A program made the translations under genes and the position numbers. The notes below the pieces were generated by a model, which saw nothing but the letters and a program-made list of their open reading frames with translations, was not told the DNA's origin and ran no database searches. From NCBI GenBank assembly GCA_038087875.1, contig CM075990.1, forward strand, positions 5,582,001 to 5,646,000: DNA of 64,000 nt. The letters run 5' to 3'. Position 1 is the first letter of the stretch; the number at the start of each line of letters is the position of its first letter. This document shows positions 25,501-38,147 of this stretch, piece by piece. The DNA is from Malacoraja senta (lineage: Eukaryota).

Positions 25501-28500
25501 CTAGGAAAGGTGAACAACAGCGATTACATTGAGTGAGCGAGGCTCCTAAAGGATACGCACACCTCCAGGTTCAGGAAATGTTTCTTTCCTGCTGTTATCG
25601 GGCAACTTGTGTAACCATCCCATCAACAACTAGAGAGCGGACCTGAGCTACCATCTACCTCATTGGAGAACCAGAAACATCACCCATTCCTTCTCTCCAG
25701 AGACGCTGCCTGTCCCGCGGAGTTACTCCAGCATTTTGTGTCTACCTTCGATTTAAGCCGACATCTGCAGTTCTTTCCTACACATGCAGCCTAACCCACT
25801 GAGTTACCAGCACCTGTGGTTCCTTGTTTCTAAATGGAGTTGCGCGGACAAGTTTTTATTTTACGCAGACGGCGGTGAGAGCCTGGAAGGCGATACCAGG
25901 GGTGGTGGCGGTGGAGAAAAATAGGATACTAGATTTTTAAGAGGTTTTTAAACAGATACATGACATGCAGAGAGTGGGGGGGGGGGGGGGGGGGGGATAT
26001 GGATCATGAACAAACAGATGAGATTCGTTTTTAAGAAAGAACTGCAGATGCTGGAAAATCGACGGTACACAAAAGTGCTGGAGAAACTCAGCGGGTGCAG
26101 CAGCATCTATAGACACAATGAGATTAGTTTATCTGAAGAGTCCCGACCGGAAAATCACCTATCCAAGTCTATCCAAGTATATGGCATGAGCTGCCAGAGG
26201 AGGTAGTTGAGGCAGGTACTATAACTAGATTTGGACAGGTACAGGGATAGGAAAGGTTTAGATATACAGACCAAATGTGGACAAGTGGGACTAATGTAGA
26301 TGGGGCTAGTATAGATGGGGCAGCTTGGTCGGCAATAGCCAGAAGAGCCTGCTTCCCTACTATGTGACTGACTCTGGCTCCAGAGATTCTGTCTGACCCG
26401 CTGAGTTTCCCCAGCACTTTGTTTTTTGAATAAAGAGGCATTAGGGTCCAACATTTGTAGGCATCTAACGTGTCAGCCTTTGGTGGAGAGGACGGGAAGA
26501 AGCGAAGGGTTAAAGCGCCGAGCGGTGGGAGCAGGACAAGTCCGCGGAGGAATTCCACACCACGACCCAATTCCACATTGACCATTGCGTTTGAAATTTC
26601 AGGGGAAAATACAATTAGGTATTAAACCAGCGAAAGAACTAGCTGTTATCGACAACTGAACAGCCCTATCACCGACTAGACAGTGGTCCTGACCTTATCA
26701 TTGGAGACCCTCGCATTATCTTTATGGAATTTAGCTTGCACTAAAGGTTATTCCCGTTATCCCACATCTGTACACTGGAAACGGCTCGATTGTAATCATG
26801 TATAGTTTTTTCCGCGTGGATAGCAGGCAACAACAATATTGTCACTGTACTTCGGTCCACGTGACAATAAACTCAACTAACACTACATACAACAATGTCA
26901 AGAAAACTCAAAGTTGACAACAAATGTCCGAAGAAAGGTCTCGACCAGAAACGTCGACCCAGATATGTTGTCTGTCCCATTGAGTTCCTCCAGCACTTTG
27001 TGTCCATCTACGGTTTAAACCAGCATCTGCAGTTCCTTCGTTTCCTAAACAAATGAAGCTCCCCCTGTCTGCTCAAGGCACACTTCCAGAGACACGGACA
27101 CTTCGCTGCTCAGCTGCAAATGATGTCGCGGTATCTTCTCGGCCCCATTGAGCTATAATGTCTAGTCCTCAGTCAACAGCCACCCCAGGCGGCAGAGCCG
27201 TGCCGTGGGTTGAGATGTCGAGAAGCCCATCACAACCACCAGCTCAAATAGCTGTAGGATTTCCCAATTCTCCCAGAAGAGGCAGCGACGTTGGAACAAT
27301 TTCCTGCCCAGTGTTTATTCTCTAACCCCACCACCAAAACCAGATTTGGGGTCCTAAGCAAAACACAATTTGCTGGAAGAACTCAGCGGGTCGGGCAGCA
27401 TATGTGGAGGGAAACTGACAGGGGACGTTTCCCGTCTGGACACTTCAAGATCGTTATCGGGTTGCGTTTTTTGTGAAATTTTGTCCGGGCTGCCCAATCC
27501 TGCTCTGGAGACGCGGAACACACGAACGGCGGCCGACGTGCGGCGGTTATTGTTGTTGCCTGTCCCACCGAGTTACTCCAGCATTTTGTGTCTATCTTCG
27601 GTGTAATTCAGCATCTGCAGTTCCTTCCTACACACCAACGGTTAAGGCCAATATGCAATGGATTAATCATTGCGTTAGCTTCCTATATATGTAAACACGC
27701 GGATAAAAAGTAAATAAAAACTCATGCTGGAAATCTGAAATACAATTAGAAAATGTTGGAAATGGTCAGGCAGCAGCTGTGGACTGAGAAAATAGACCCT
27801 TCCATCATTTCTATTTGTGTTGCAATATAAACTTGCGGTTTTACCTGGAATCAGTTTCCGCGCGTCCATATGATAGGTAAGAAATGCTCACAATATTGAG
27901 TAAATGCTGGGGAAACACATTCACTAATGGTTGAGCCTTACTTTAGGCTAGGCACGCAGTGTTATCGATTACTGATCATGTTGGTCTAGTGTATTTTTGA
28001 AGAGAACACGAGAACCTCCTCCCTGCAGTATAGAAGCTGGAAACATAGAAACATAGAAAATAGGTGCAGGAGGAGGCTATTCGGCCCTTCGAGCCAGCAC
28101 CGCCATTCATTGTGATCATGGCTAATCATCCACGATCATTAACCCGTGCCTATCTTCTCCCCATACCCTTTGATTCCGCTAGCCCCTAGAGCTCTATCTA
28201 ACTCTCTTTTTAAATTCATCCAGTGAATTGGCCTCCACTGCATTCTGTGACAGAGAATTCACACAAATTCACAACTCTCTGGGTGAAAAAGTTTTTTCTC
28301 ATCGCAGTTTTAAATGGCCTCCCCTTTATTCTTAGACTGTGGCCCCTGGTTCTGGACTCCCCCAGAATTTGGAACATTTTTCCTGCATCTAGCTTGTCCA
28401 GTCCTTTTATAATTTTATATGTTTTTTATAAGATTCCCCCTCATCCTTCTAAATTCCAGTGAACACAAGCCCAGTCTTTCCAATCTTTCCTCATATGACT

Positions 28501-29157
28501 AACCTCGTGAACCGACGCTGCACTCCCTCAATAGCAAGGATGTCCTTCCTCAAATTAGGGGACCAAAAATGCACACAATACTCCAGATGTGGTCTCACCT
28601 GGAGTAAAGGAAATTGAAATGCCTCTTTGAAAGTATAAGGAACGGCGCTTGTCTATTCAATTAATGCATTGTGGAATGATACCGTGTTTCTGAGAAGTTG
28701 TATTCATATTGCCCATTAAAAAAGACAATTGATAGTTGTTTTTAAGCAGAAAAAAAGACAGTTCTGGAGAAACTCAGAGGCTCAGGCGGCATCTCTGAAG
28801 AATGCGGATAGGTGACGTTTAGGTTCGGGACCCTTCTTCAGATCTAAGAAGGGTCCCTTTCTGAAACGTCAGCTATCCATGTTCTCCGGAGATGCTGCCT
28901 GACCGCTGAGTTTCTCCAGCAGTTTTGAGTCTTTTTTTGTAAACCAGCATTTTCAGTTCCTGGTGTCTCTGTTTGTAAGTGGATTGTTTTCCCTCTGGGC
29001 GGCAGGATGTATGATCAAAAACTTTAATAGAGCCTTGCTGCCTTTATCCTATACAACTCATCCACCCTTCCATAATCGCTAAACACTCAGGAAAATCGGA
29101 AGAATGCTTTCTTAAAAAAATCTCGCATGACCAAATCCCACATGCCCTCTCCATCCC

Positions 29158-29250
29158 GTCTGAAGAAGGGTCGGCCCGAAACGTCACTTACTCCTCTTTT
29201 CCAGAGATGCTGCCTGACTCGCTGAGTTACTCCAGTTTTGTGTGTCTATC
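29158..29250 (+). ncRNA. Penelope-derived repeat with an intact minimal hammerhead ribozyme core
   Basis: CTGAAGA-A-GGG(TCGG)CCC-GAAA-C-GTC: CUGANGA and GAAA boxes, stem II, palindromic ACGT in place of stem III, and a GUC cleavage triplet. Confidence 0.6.
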
Positions 29251-29412
29251 TGCACTCCATCCCTTAAACATTAAAATTGTTCCATCCCACAAGACAACAA
29301 TTGCCCGACATTTGAATAGTGAGCGTTTCAGCGCTGCGTAATCTGTGGAGCTAATGAAACACGCTTTAGAGAGGTCAGTTTTATCCTCATCATTAGGTGG
29401 GATGGGGGCGTT

Positions 29413-29612
29413 NNNNNNNNNNNNNNNNNNNNNNNNNNNNNNNNNNNNNNNNNNNNNNNNNNNNNNNNNNNNNNNNNNNNNNNNNNNNNNNNNNNNNNNN
29501 NNNNNNNNNNNNNNNNNNNNNNNNNNNNNNNNNNNNNNNNNNNNNNNNNNNNNNNNNNNNNNNNNNNNNNNNNNNNNNNNNNNNNNNNNNNNNNNNNNNN
29601 NNNNNNNNNNNN
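29413..29612. other. Assembly gap (200 N)
   Basis: Run of exactly 200 N, typical of a fixed-size scaffolding placeholder. Confidence 0.99.
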
Positions 29613-30059
29613 AAGATACCCAGTTTGTAAGCACCAGATTAATTTTTTTTTATTGATAAACGCTGTTTCCATCATTCCCACTTCAGAATTAACGTTCAAA
29701 TTTCAACTGAAATATCTCCTGACCAAATTTGTGATGTATATGATCGACTAGAAGTAAAACCTGGATAAATCCAACGTATAGTTGTGAATGTTGCTCATTA
29801 AATAACGACAGTACTGATACTCCATATTAAGAGCATTGATTTGCGTTAAAATGAATTCTGTAATAACGTGTCAACGGCAGCAGTGACAATCGAACACTGC
29901 AGCTTTAATGTTTCACGTGTTCACAATTTAATTAATCCATCTTTATGGACTAAAACAAATAATAACATTGGGAATTAAAACACATTTGATTGCATTCTGT
30001 TATCAAACATAGTCAATGTTCGCTCTGAAGACATTTCCAGCACAATAGGGTCAGGCAGG

Positions 30060-30800
30060 GGTGTGTGTGAATCAGTGCGGGGTGGATAGATGGCGGGGGT
30101 GGGGGGTTAGAAGGCAGTCGGTGCAGAACAGATGGATTGAGGCAGGTGAATTAGTACGTGTTGGTTGGAGTAGGTAAAATTGTGAGGGGAGAGCACGGGG
30201 GATGTCAGTGGTGTTGAATGGGGGGGTTCAGTACGGGATGGATGGGGGTAGACAAAAGTGTTGGAGAAACTCAGCGGGTGAGAGCATCTATGGAGCGAAG
30301 GAAATAGGCAACGTTTCGGGTCGAGACCCTTCTTCAGACTGTTCCTCCCATTCTTCTTGAATGGGAGGATCAGTACAGGATGGATGGGGGGGAGAGGTCA
30401 GTACTGGATGAATGGGGGGAGGTGGGTCAGTACAGTGTGGATCAGAGGGTCTATGCAGGATGAATGGGGGATCACTACAGGATGAATGAGGGGAAGGTGC
30501 AGGGTAAATGCAGGGTGGGTCAGTACGGGATGAATGGGTGGATTAGTACAGGATGGATGGAGGAGAAGTGCAGGATGGATGGGAAGGGGGGTAAGTACAG
30601 GATGAATTGGGGGACCAGTGTAGGATGGATGGGGGTGTGGCAGGAGAATCAATGCGAGGTGGATAGGGTGATCAGCGCAGGATGAATTGATGGGGGGGGG
30701 TAGATGTGGAGGGGAGCACGGGGGATGTCAGTGAGGATTGAATAGAGGTGGGAATGGGGATCAGTGTGGGATGGAGAGGAGGGGTCCCAGGATAAGGGGG
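30060..30800. repeat. Degenerate purine-rich minisatellite (unit like GATCAGTACAGGATGAATGGGG)
   Basis: Many diverged tandem units of roughly 22-28 bp; interrupted by a Penelope-derived repeat at about 30247-30340. Confidence 0.8.
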
Positions 30801-31017
30801 GGGGGGTGGAGGTGGCGTACAAGAGAGAGAGAGAGAGGGGGGGCGAGGTGGGGAGGAAGGGAGGTCAGCGCTCCTCGGACAACATCGCCCTGCTGCCTTG
30901 GCCGTTGGGATCTCCTCGCCACCGCCTCCCTCCTCCGCCAGCCAACAGCAAGGTGCGGGGCCGAGCAGTGCAGCTCAAAGATCCTATAGCTATAGGATCT
31001 TTGGTACAGCTGCTTCA

Positions 31018-31345
31018 GAAGGGTCGGAGCGAATGACGGGCCACGCACAGCGGCGGCAGCGGCTGCGACAGCGGCTCCATCTCCTCCTCCTCCCTGATAG
31101 CGACCGCTGCTTGCAAATCCGCTAACGGCGCTTTCAAAACAAACCCTCCCGCACGCCGAGGCCTCCTCCTCCCTCCCTCCTCACTGCCTCGGCGTGCGGG
31201 AGGGTCTGTTTTGAAAGCGCCGTTAGCGGATATGCAAGCAGCGGCCCTTATCAGGGCGGGCGGGGTGCGGGAGGAGGAGATGGAGCCGCTGCTGTCGCGG
31301 CCGCTGCTGCCGCTGTTCGGGGCCCGTCATTCGCTCCGACCCTTC
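31018..31345. repeat. GC-rich long inverted repeat (foldback)
   Basis: gaagggtcggagcgaatgacgggcc... pairs with ...ggcccgtcattcgctccgacccttc. Arms about 145-160 bp around a short pyrimidine loop near 31163-31185. Confidence 0.85.
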
Positions 31346-32052
31346 ATCACACCGCATCTAGTATCTTTGCCCCGCACGACAGACGTCGCCGACACGAAAC
31401 GTCGCGTTCCTTTTCTCCAGAGATGTTGCCTGACCCGCAGAGTTACTCCAGTTTTTTTGTGTCTATCTTCGGTATAAACCAAGTTGCCAAGCCGGGCAAA
31501 ATGACTCGCCGTTTAGGTTGCCCGGTGGCACTTTGTGTGGTCAGTGGCACCCGGGCAACCGCTAATTTCGAGCCCTGTCATTAATTCTTCAGTCATTGTG
31601 GGAATCTATTGCTGCAAGGGACCTTAATCGATTTTATGATAATACTAACAATATAATGAAGAGTCTTTTGGTCCATCTCTCTGAAAGAGGCAGCTATTAG
31701 TCTCATTAATCTTCACCTTGTTTCACTGGAGTCCTGCAACTTATTCTCTCCCACATATGCCCATCAACTCCGCGTTGATATATATTTTTTAATCGTTAAC
31801 CTACACATGAGTATAATTTGCAACCACCAGAATACATTTGCCAGCACATCACTGGGGTGTTAGCAGAAACTAGAGCAACCTGAGGAAATGTCTGTGGCCA
31901 CAGAGGGAATGCACAATTTTCAGTCTGCACCCAAAGTCAGGATCAAACTCTGGCTCCCTGGAGCTGTGGGGCATCAACACGAACTGCTGTGCCATAGAGC
32001 CATTCTTGTATTTTATTTGTACGCAAAAATCACCCACTGAATGGAGAAGTAA

Positions 32053-32268
32053 AGGGCCTGTCCCACTGTCACGACCTAATTCACGACCTCTGCCGGGTTT
32101 GCCCTTGACTCATACTCGCAGCATGGTCATCACGAGGTCGTAGCAGGCCGTGATGCTAGTCGTATGTACTCGTGGCATCAAGTAGGTCGGGGCGTTTTTC
32201 TAGCACGATGAAAAATGTCCACCAGTAAAAAAGGTCGTGAATTAGGTCGTGAAAGTGGGACAGGCTCT
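32053..32268. mobile_element. PIF/Harbinger-type MITE
   Basis: TIR AGGGCCTGTCCCACT.TCACGACCTAATTCACGACC and its reverse complement; TAA/TAA duplication. Confidence 0.8.
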
Positions 32269-33479
32269 TAAGTCCTACTTTCTAACAGTTATTTGTGCAC
32301 TAATGTTTTGTTTTTCTGCACATTCCTTTTCAAATCACACCGTATAATTAATGTTTAAGAAAGAACTGCATATGCTGGAAAATCGAAGGTAGACAAAAGT
32401 CTTCTTTAGACTGCAGTGTGAAGAAGGGTCTCGACCTGAAACGTCGCCTATTTCCTTCGCTCCATAGATGCTGCCTCACCTGCTGAGTTTCTCCAGCATT
32501 TTTGTCTACCTGTATAATTAATGTTCATTTCTGCATGTTGTATTTATTTATTTATTTAATTCTTTCTTTTGAACAGAATAAAAGAATAAAAAGCAAATGT
32601 TGTTTTAGTATGTTGTCTAAGTCTATGTGCATGTGATGCTGCTGCCAGCAAGATATCCATTGTACCCATACCTCATTGCACTTGTTCATATGACAATAAA
32701 ATTTAACGTGTCAGGCAGCAACTGTGGAGGGAGTGGACAGGCAACATTTCAAGTAATGGACCCTTCCTCAGTCTGAAGAAGGGACTCGACCTGAAATGTC
32801 GTCTGTCCTTTCTCACTGCCGATGCTGCCTGACTTCTTGAGTTCTTCCAGCAGTTTGTTTTTTATTCAAGATTCCAACACCTGCAGTTCCTCGTGTCCAC
32901 ATAAAATGGATCTATTTCTGGTGGTCCTCCCAGGCTGACATGAATTGATTGTTACATTGCTGGCGCTAGGATCTTGATGTGTATATTGTTGCTGCCGTTT
33001 CCACATTGCAACTGTGACTCCACATGCAAAGCTCTTGGTCATAAAGAGCTGGAACGCTGAGTACACTTGAAAATTGACAGAGAAATATCACGTTAACTTT
33101 CTTAAAATGTAATAGACAATAGACAATAGGTGCAGGAGTAGGCCAGCACTGCCATTCAATGTGATCATGGCTGACCATCCCCAATCAGTACCCCGTTCCT
33201 GCCTTCTCCCCATATCCCCTGACTCCGCTATTTTTAAGAGCCCTATCTAGCTCTCTCTTGAAAGCATCCAGAGAACCTGCCTCCACCACCCTCTGAGGCA
33301 GAGAATTCCAGAGACTCACCACTCTCTGTGAGAAAAAGTGTTTCCTCGTCTCCGTTCTAAATGGCTTACTCCTTATTCTTAACCTGTGGCCCCTGGTTCT
33401 GGACTCCCCCAACATGTTTCCTGCCTCTAGCGTGTCAAAGCCCTTTACAATCTTCTTCTAATATTCTTAATCTTTGCAG

Positions 33480-33644
33480 GAAGTTCTGTACTTCTGTGTT
33501 CGAGAGGAGCCCGTGGTCTTCTTGCGTGTGGACAACGACTTTATCCCATACACCCCCAGACGGAAAGAAAATCTCCACGAGAATCTTCACAACCTAGGGA
33601 GAGATGTGAAGGTGGAACAGCTGGAGCTGACCATCAGGAAGGAG
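33480..33644 (+). CDS. PALD1: Paladin internal exon
   Basis: ttgcag|GAA ... GAG|gtagac. Encodes EVLYFCVREEPVVFLRVDNDFIPYTPRRKENLHENLHNLGRDVKVEQLELTIRKE, matching the paladin FCVREEP...YTPR...NLHENL segment. Confidence 0.93.
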
Positions 33645-34210
33645 GTAGACAGATGTGATTTGTTCTGGTTATCTTGCTGCAGCTAATCACTCCACTGATT
33701 GCGAGATGTCACAGAGGGGTAGGTTAAGGAGATGGGCATTTCAACCCATTGACTGCACACCGACCTTCAATCACCCACTTTAGTCTCACCATACTTCTGT
33801 CGACTCTTTCCTCCACCTCCCTCCTGATTATAGTTTCGAAGAATGAGGGGGGACCTCATGGAAACAAACAGAATAGTGATAGGCTTGGATAGAGTGGATG
33901 TGGAGAGGATGTTTCCACCAGTGGGAGAGTCTAGGGCTATAGGTCATAGCCTCAGAATTAATAGACTTTATTTTAGGAAGGAGATGAGGAGGAATTTCTT
34001 TAGTCAGAGGGTGGTGAATCTGCAGAATTCGTTGCCACAGAAGGCTGTGGAGACCAAGTCAGTGGATATTTTTAAGGCTGAGATTGAGAGATTCTTGATT
34101 AATGTCAGAGGTTATGGGGAGAAGGCAATTTACAATGGCCAATGTACAAGAAACTGGAGATAACCCATACAGTCACCGGAAAAATGTGCAAATTCCAGCT
34201 TCAAAGGTTA

Positions 34211-35228
34211 TGGGGCTGTCCCACTTGGGCGACCTAATCCGCGAGTCCAGAAGAGTGTCTTCGACCTTCAAGCTCAAGGGCACTCGCCTGGAGAGCCCCG
34301 AGCTGGATCGACCGTTCGTGTTGAAACCGCGAGCTGGATCGACCACACACACACACACACGCGCATGCGCACACACACACACACACACGCACACACGGAC
34401 ACACACACGGCGGGGGGGGGGCCAGGGAAAGCGGGGAAGCGCTGTCTGAATTTCACACCCACGATGAAGAAGAAGGTAAAACGTCTGCACAGTAACGGTG
34501 AGTCCTTTAGAGAGCGTGGCGGAGGGGGGGGGGGGGGTGATGGAAGGAGTGGAGACACTTTTAGTCACAGTCACATTTATTTATATAGCACATTTAAAAA
34601 ACAACTCTCGTTGGCCAAAGTGCTTTACATTTGTTATAAGTATAATATAAACAAACAAACTACATACATATGTACATATAGCCCTCGCTCAGAGGACGTC
34701 AAGAAAGGCTTGGGAGTATAGATATGTTTTTAGTCTTGACTTAAAGGAGTCGATGGAGGGGGCAGTTCTGATGGGAAGGGGGATGCTGTTCCACAGTCTA
34801 GGAGCTGCAACCGCAAAGGCGCGTTCTAAGAAGTATAATAAAGTTTAGCAGGCATTTTACCTACCGGTAGGTCTTCTTTGGTCTTGAAAACTCCAATGAG
34901 CCAATCAAAATGCCCAGTCAGCGAAGGAGATTGCCTACGGCTGCCCTCGACTGCCTGTAACTAAATAGCGACCCCACTCCACTGCACTACGAGTTCAAAA
35001 GAACCATGCCGACCAAATTTTACTCGCGGAAAAGTTTTCAACATGCTGAAAAGTTTCCCACGACCTAGCTGAGGACGTGTGTATTCGGGAACTTCCCTCG
35101 GGCATGAAGGAGAGTTCCAGCGACCTCATAGGACCTCCTAGGACCATGTGTCGACCATACTGCGAGTTTGAAGGTGGAAGACACTCTTTTAAACTCGCAG
35201 ATTAGGTCGCCCAAGTGGGACTGCCCCT
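34211..35228. mobile_element. PIF/Harbinger-type non-autonomous element with nested L2 fragment and (CA)n
   Basis: Long imperfect TIR GGGGCTGTCCCACTTGGGCGACCTAATC...; TTA/TTA duplication. Confidence 0.78.
34570..34826 (-). mobile_element. L2-like 3' fragment nested in a MITE
   Basis: The minus strand ends gtgctatataaataaatg, preceded by gtaaagcactttgg and a WNSIP/FKS.LKT-like coding remnant. Confidence 0.6.
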
Positions 35229-35920
35229 TTAGGACATGGGTTTGGATGAAAATATGCACGGCAAGATTAGCAAGTTTGGAGCACATAGGATGAGGGGTGA
35301 TTTTATAGTGGTGTATAAGATCATGAGAGGATTAGATCCGGCAGATTTACAGAGTCTCTTGCCCAGAGTAGGCGAATCGAGGACCAGAGGACTTAGGTTT
35401 AAGGTGAAGGGGAAAAGAATTAATAGGAATTTGAGGGTTAACTTTTTCACACAAAGGGTGGTGGATGTATGGAACAAACTGCCAAAGGAGATAGTTGAGG
35501 CAGGGACTATCCCAGAATTTGAGAAACAGTCAGACAGGTACATGGATAGGACAGGTTTGGAGGGATATGGACTAAATGCTGGCAGGTGGGACCAGTGCAG
35601 ATGGGACATGTTGGCCAGTGTGGGCAAGTTGGGCTGAAGGGCCTGTTTCCACGCTGCATCACTCTATGACTATGACTGAACCCGAGTTGTTGGAGCTGTG
35701 AGGTAGCAGTTCTATAACGGCACCACCGTGCTTGAGTTGATGAAATCATCTTATTCTGCAAACTTGGCCAAAATGAAGTTCCTTGCCGCCACCGTTGTTG
35801 ATCATGCTTTATCCTAACAAGGCTTAACTATCTGGTATTCTCACCTGAAGCCTTGTACCACGTCCATATATCACCAGTCACTTGTTAACAACTAAGATTA
35901 TATACTCTTTCAATTTTCAG

Positions 35921-36081
35921 CTTTACAACTTTGCTCAACTGAATGAAAATATCAACTATGTCTATAATGACATAGAACACTTCAAGGACGAGCCTCGAAC
36001 TATTTCTACCTGCTGTGTGGAGGACATCCGTGTAACAGAAGAGGTTTACAAAAGACCCCTCTTTACTAAGTCTTCTTGCAG
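35921..36081 (+). CDS. PALD1: Paladin internal exon
   Basis: ttttcag|CTT ... AG|gtatgg. Encodes LYNFAQLNENINYVYNDIEHFKDEPRTISTCCVEDIRVTEEVYKRPLFTKSSC(R). Confidence 0.93.
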
Positions 36082-36205
36082 GTATGGATCACGACCATCT
36101 GAATGGCTGATTATTCTACTGCATGTAAGTGTAATACCAATTAGGCTCCTGTACTTCCAGTCAAAGGAAAAGGCCAATGGACTGCTGTTACAAGGTTGAA
36201 ACTAA

Positions 36206-36529
36206 AGGGCCTGTCCCACTGTATGAGGTAATTCAAGAGTTCTCCCCTGAATCGAGCTTGTGTAATGTACATAGCAGGTACGTAGGGGCTCGTACGAGTA
36301 AAAAGTAACCATTTTTTTCATCACGAGTTTTTTTACTCGTGGACATTTTTCACAGTGTTGAAAAAACGTCACGAGTTTACCGGATTTCCCGGGTACCTAC
36401 CGTTACTCGTACGAGCCGCTACGTGACATCCATGAGCTCCTACGTACCCGCTACATACATTACACAAGCTAGAATCAGGGGAGAACTCGGGAGAACTCTT
36501 GAATTACCTCGTACAGTGGGACAGGCCCT
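36206..36529. mobile_element. PIF/Harbinger-type MITE
   Basis: About 40-bp TIR AGGGCCTGTCCCACTGTA.GAGGTAATTCAAGAGTTCTCCC; TAA/TTA flanks. Confidence 0.8.
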
Positions 36530-38147
36530 TTAAGGATTAGTAAATAGCTGAGGATACTTGTCTCGATGCTTAAGGGGATAAAATGCCAAAATATTTACTT
36601 GTTTTGTGCCAATGGATACTTTTAGCTAGATGACTGCCCACAAACTTTAGCTTTCTTAGCTGAAGACAACAGGTTGTAGACAGTTACATGGACAAAGATA
36701 GGAATCATCCCTATTGTATCTCTTTATGGGTGCCCAAAGTGGCCAAGCCAGGAGTGGGAGTCTTTTTATTTTATTTTTTTCCAAGAGTCACTGGAATGAA
36801 AAAAGAAATGTGCCAAGAGTTTCCACTCATTGCCCAGTGATCTGGCTGAAATAGTTATGGAGGTTGGGATAGAGAACACAACTAGGAAAAGGGCTAATCT
36901 CTGCAATGAAGCCGCCTCTCAGTTTAGTCACCACCCTGCTCTTTCATGAAGGCTCACAAGTTGACTGAGTTATGAGTTGTCTGCAATAATTTTGTAAATG
37001 CCCGATCGTGCGGTACTGAGAAAAGAAGTGGCCATTTTTACTTGATGTAGCCCAAGTTAAGGGTTGTGGAGTGAATGACACAATACCATGACAATCCCAC
37101 TGCAGGCTAGCGCACGGTAGTGGCATAGCCCAAGGATTGTATCCTAGCACCAGTTTGTTGAGAGAGAGCGAAGAGACACAAACCATTTTTCAAAAGAAGC
37201 TTACTTTGTGTTGAAAGTAAAGTGCTGGCCGAACTGCCAGTGCGGGCCTGTTCGAATCTTGAGCAGGTTACAAAAAAACAAAGTGCTGGAGCTGTTACCA
37301 AGTTCCAGGTCTGAGTGGCAGACCTGCTAAGTTTCTCCAGCACTTTGTTTATTTTTGCTCAAGGTTTCAGCGCCTGCGGTTCTTTTGTATCACTCTTTTT
37401 GTTGTGTTGTCGGGTCTGGTCGGCAACTTATTGATGTGTTGTTATCAGAAAGCAAGGGGTCAAAATTTGGATCCAGGATCCAGCGTGGGTGGCTGCAAAT
37501 GTAATTTTACGTACCTGGTGGAAATGTGCATTGTTCTGTCTCATGTTCTTCATATTGGTGAGAACATTGGCAAACATGCAATGAAAGGAGACATAAGGAA
37601 CTGCAGGTTAGGCAGTACTGGTGGAGGGATTGGATAGGTGAGGTTTCGGATCGGGACCCTTCTTCAGACTGATATATAATGGAGATAGGGTGGGAAGATA
37701 GACATGAACTGATTGCTGCTCTTTGTTTTACTCAACACTTGTGTGTATTCTAGTGCAAGAAGCTGTCCATGTTGTCTAAGATTGTCCAAGACAGTCCAAA
37801 ACTGTCAGTGTTGCTGACTGGTACATTCCAGTGCTCTGTCTAGTACCACATGGTAAAGGGTGGACTGCAGCTTGATGCAACCATGGGAAAGGCTCCATGG
37901 GTAAAGGCCTCCATTTCACTGCACACTGAGGGGCTGGAACCTTTCCAGTAATCCCTCCGATATTATTAATCGATTACGTGGAAAAGAAAAAAATGATGCC
38001 GGACTACTGCAGGACAAATCTTGTAGGAAGACCATTGATGCGTCTGGTGCTATGAATAGTGATATCTGATTATACTACATCATATAATTGTAAATATTTT
38101 CAATACAAACATTTAAAAAAAAATTGGAGTTCAGTCCTCCAACTAAA

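Noticed and set aside
24675..25504. Long plus-strand ORFs (226 aa, 273 aa) and an alternative minus-strand frame over nodal exon 2
   Set aside because: Shadow ORFs expected from GC-rich coding sequence; no recognisable domain.
27312..27319. TGTTTATT as a FoxH1 site of the Nodal asymmetric enhancer
   Set aside because: A single degenerate 8-mer. I found no paired TGTGGATT-type sites in the visible part of intron 1.
29227..29699. ORFs spanning the N run
   Set aside because: Artefacts of translating N.
30060..30800. Repeat-spacer-like pattern as a CRISPR array
   Set aside because: Degenerate tandem minisatellite in vertebrate DNA; no constant repeat with unique spacers and no cas genes.
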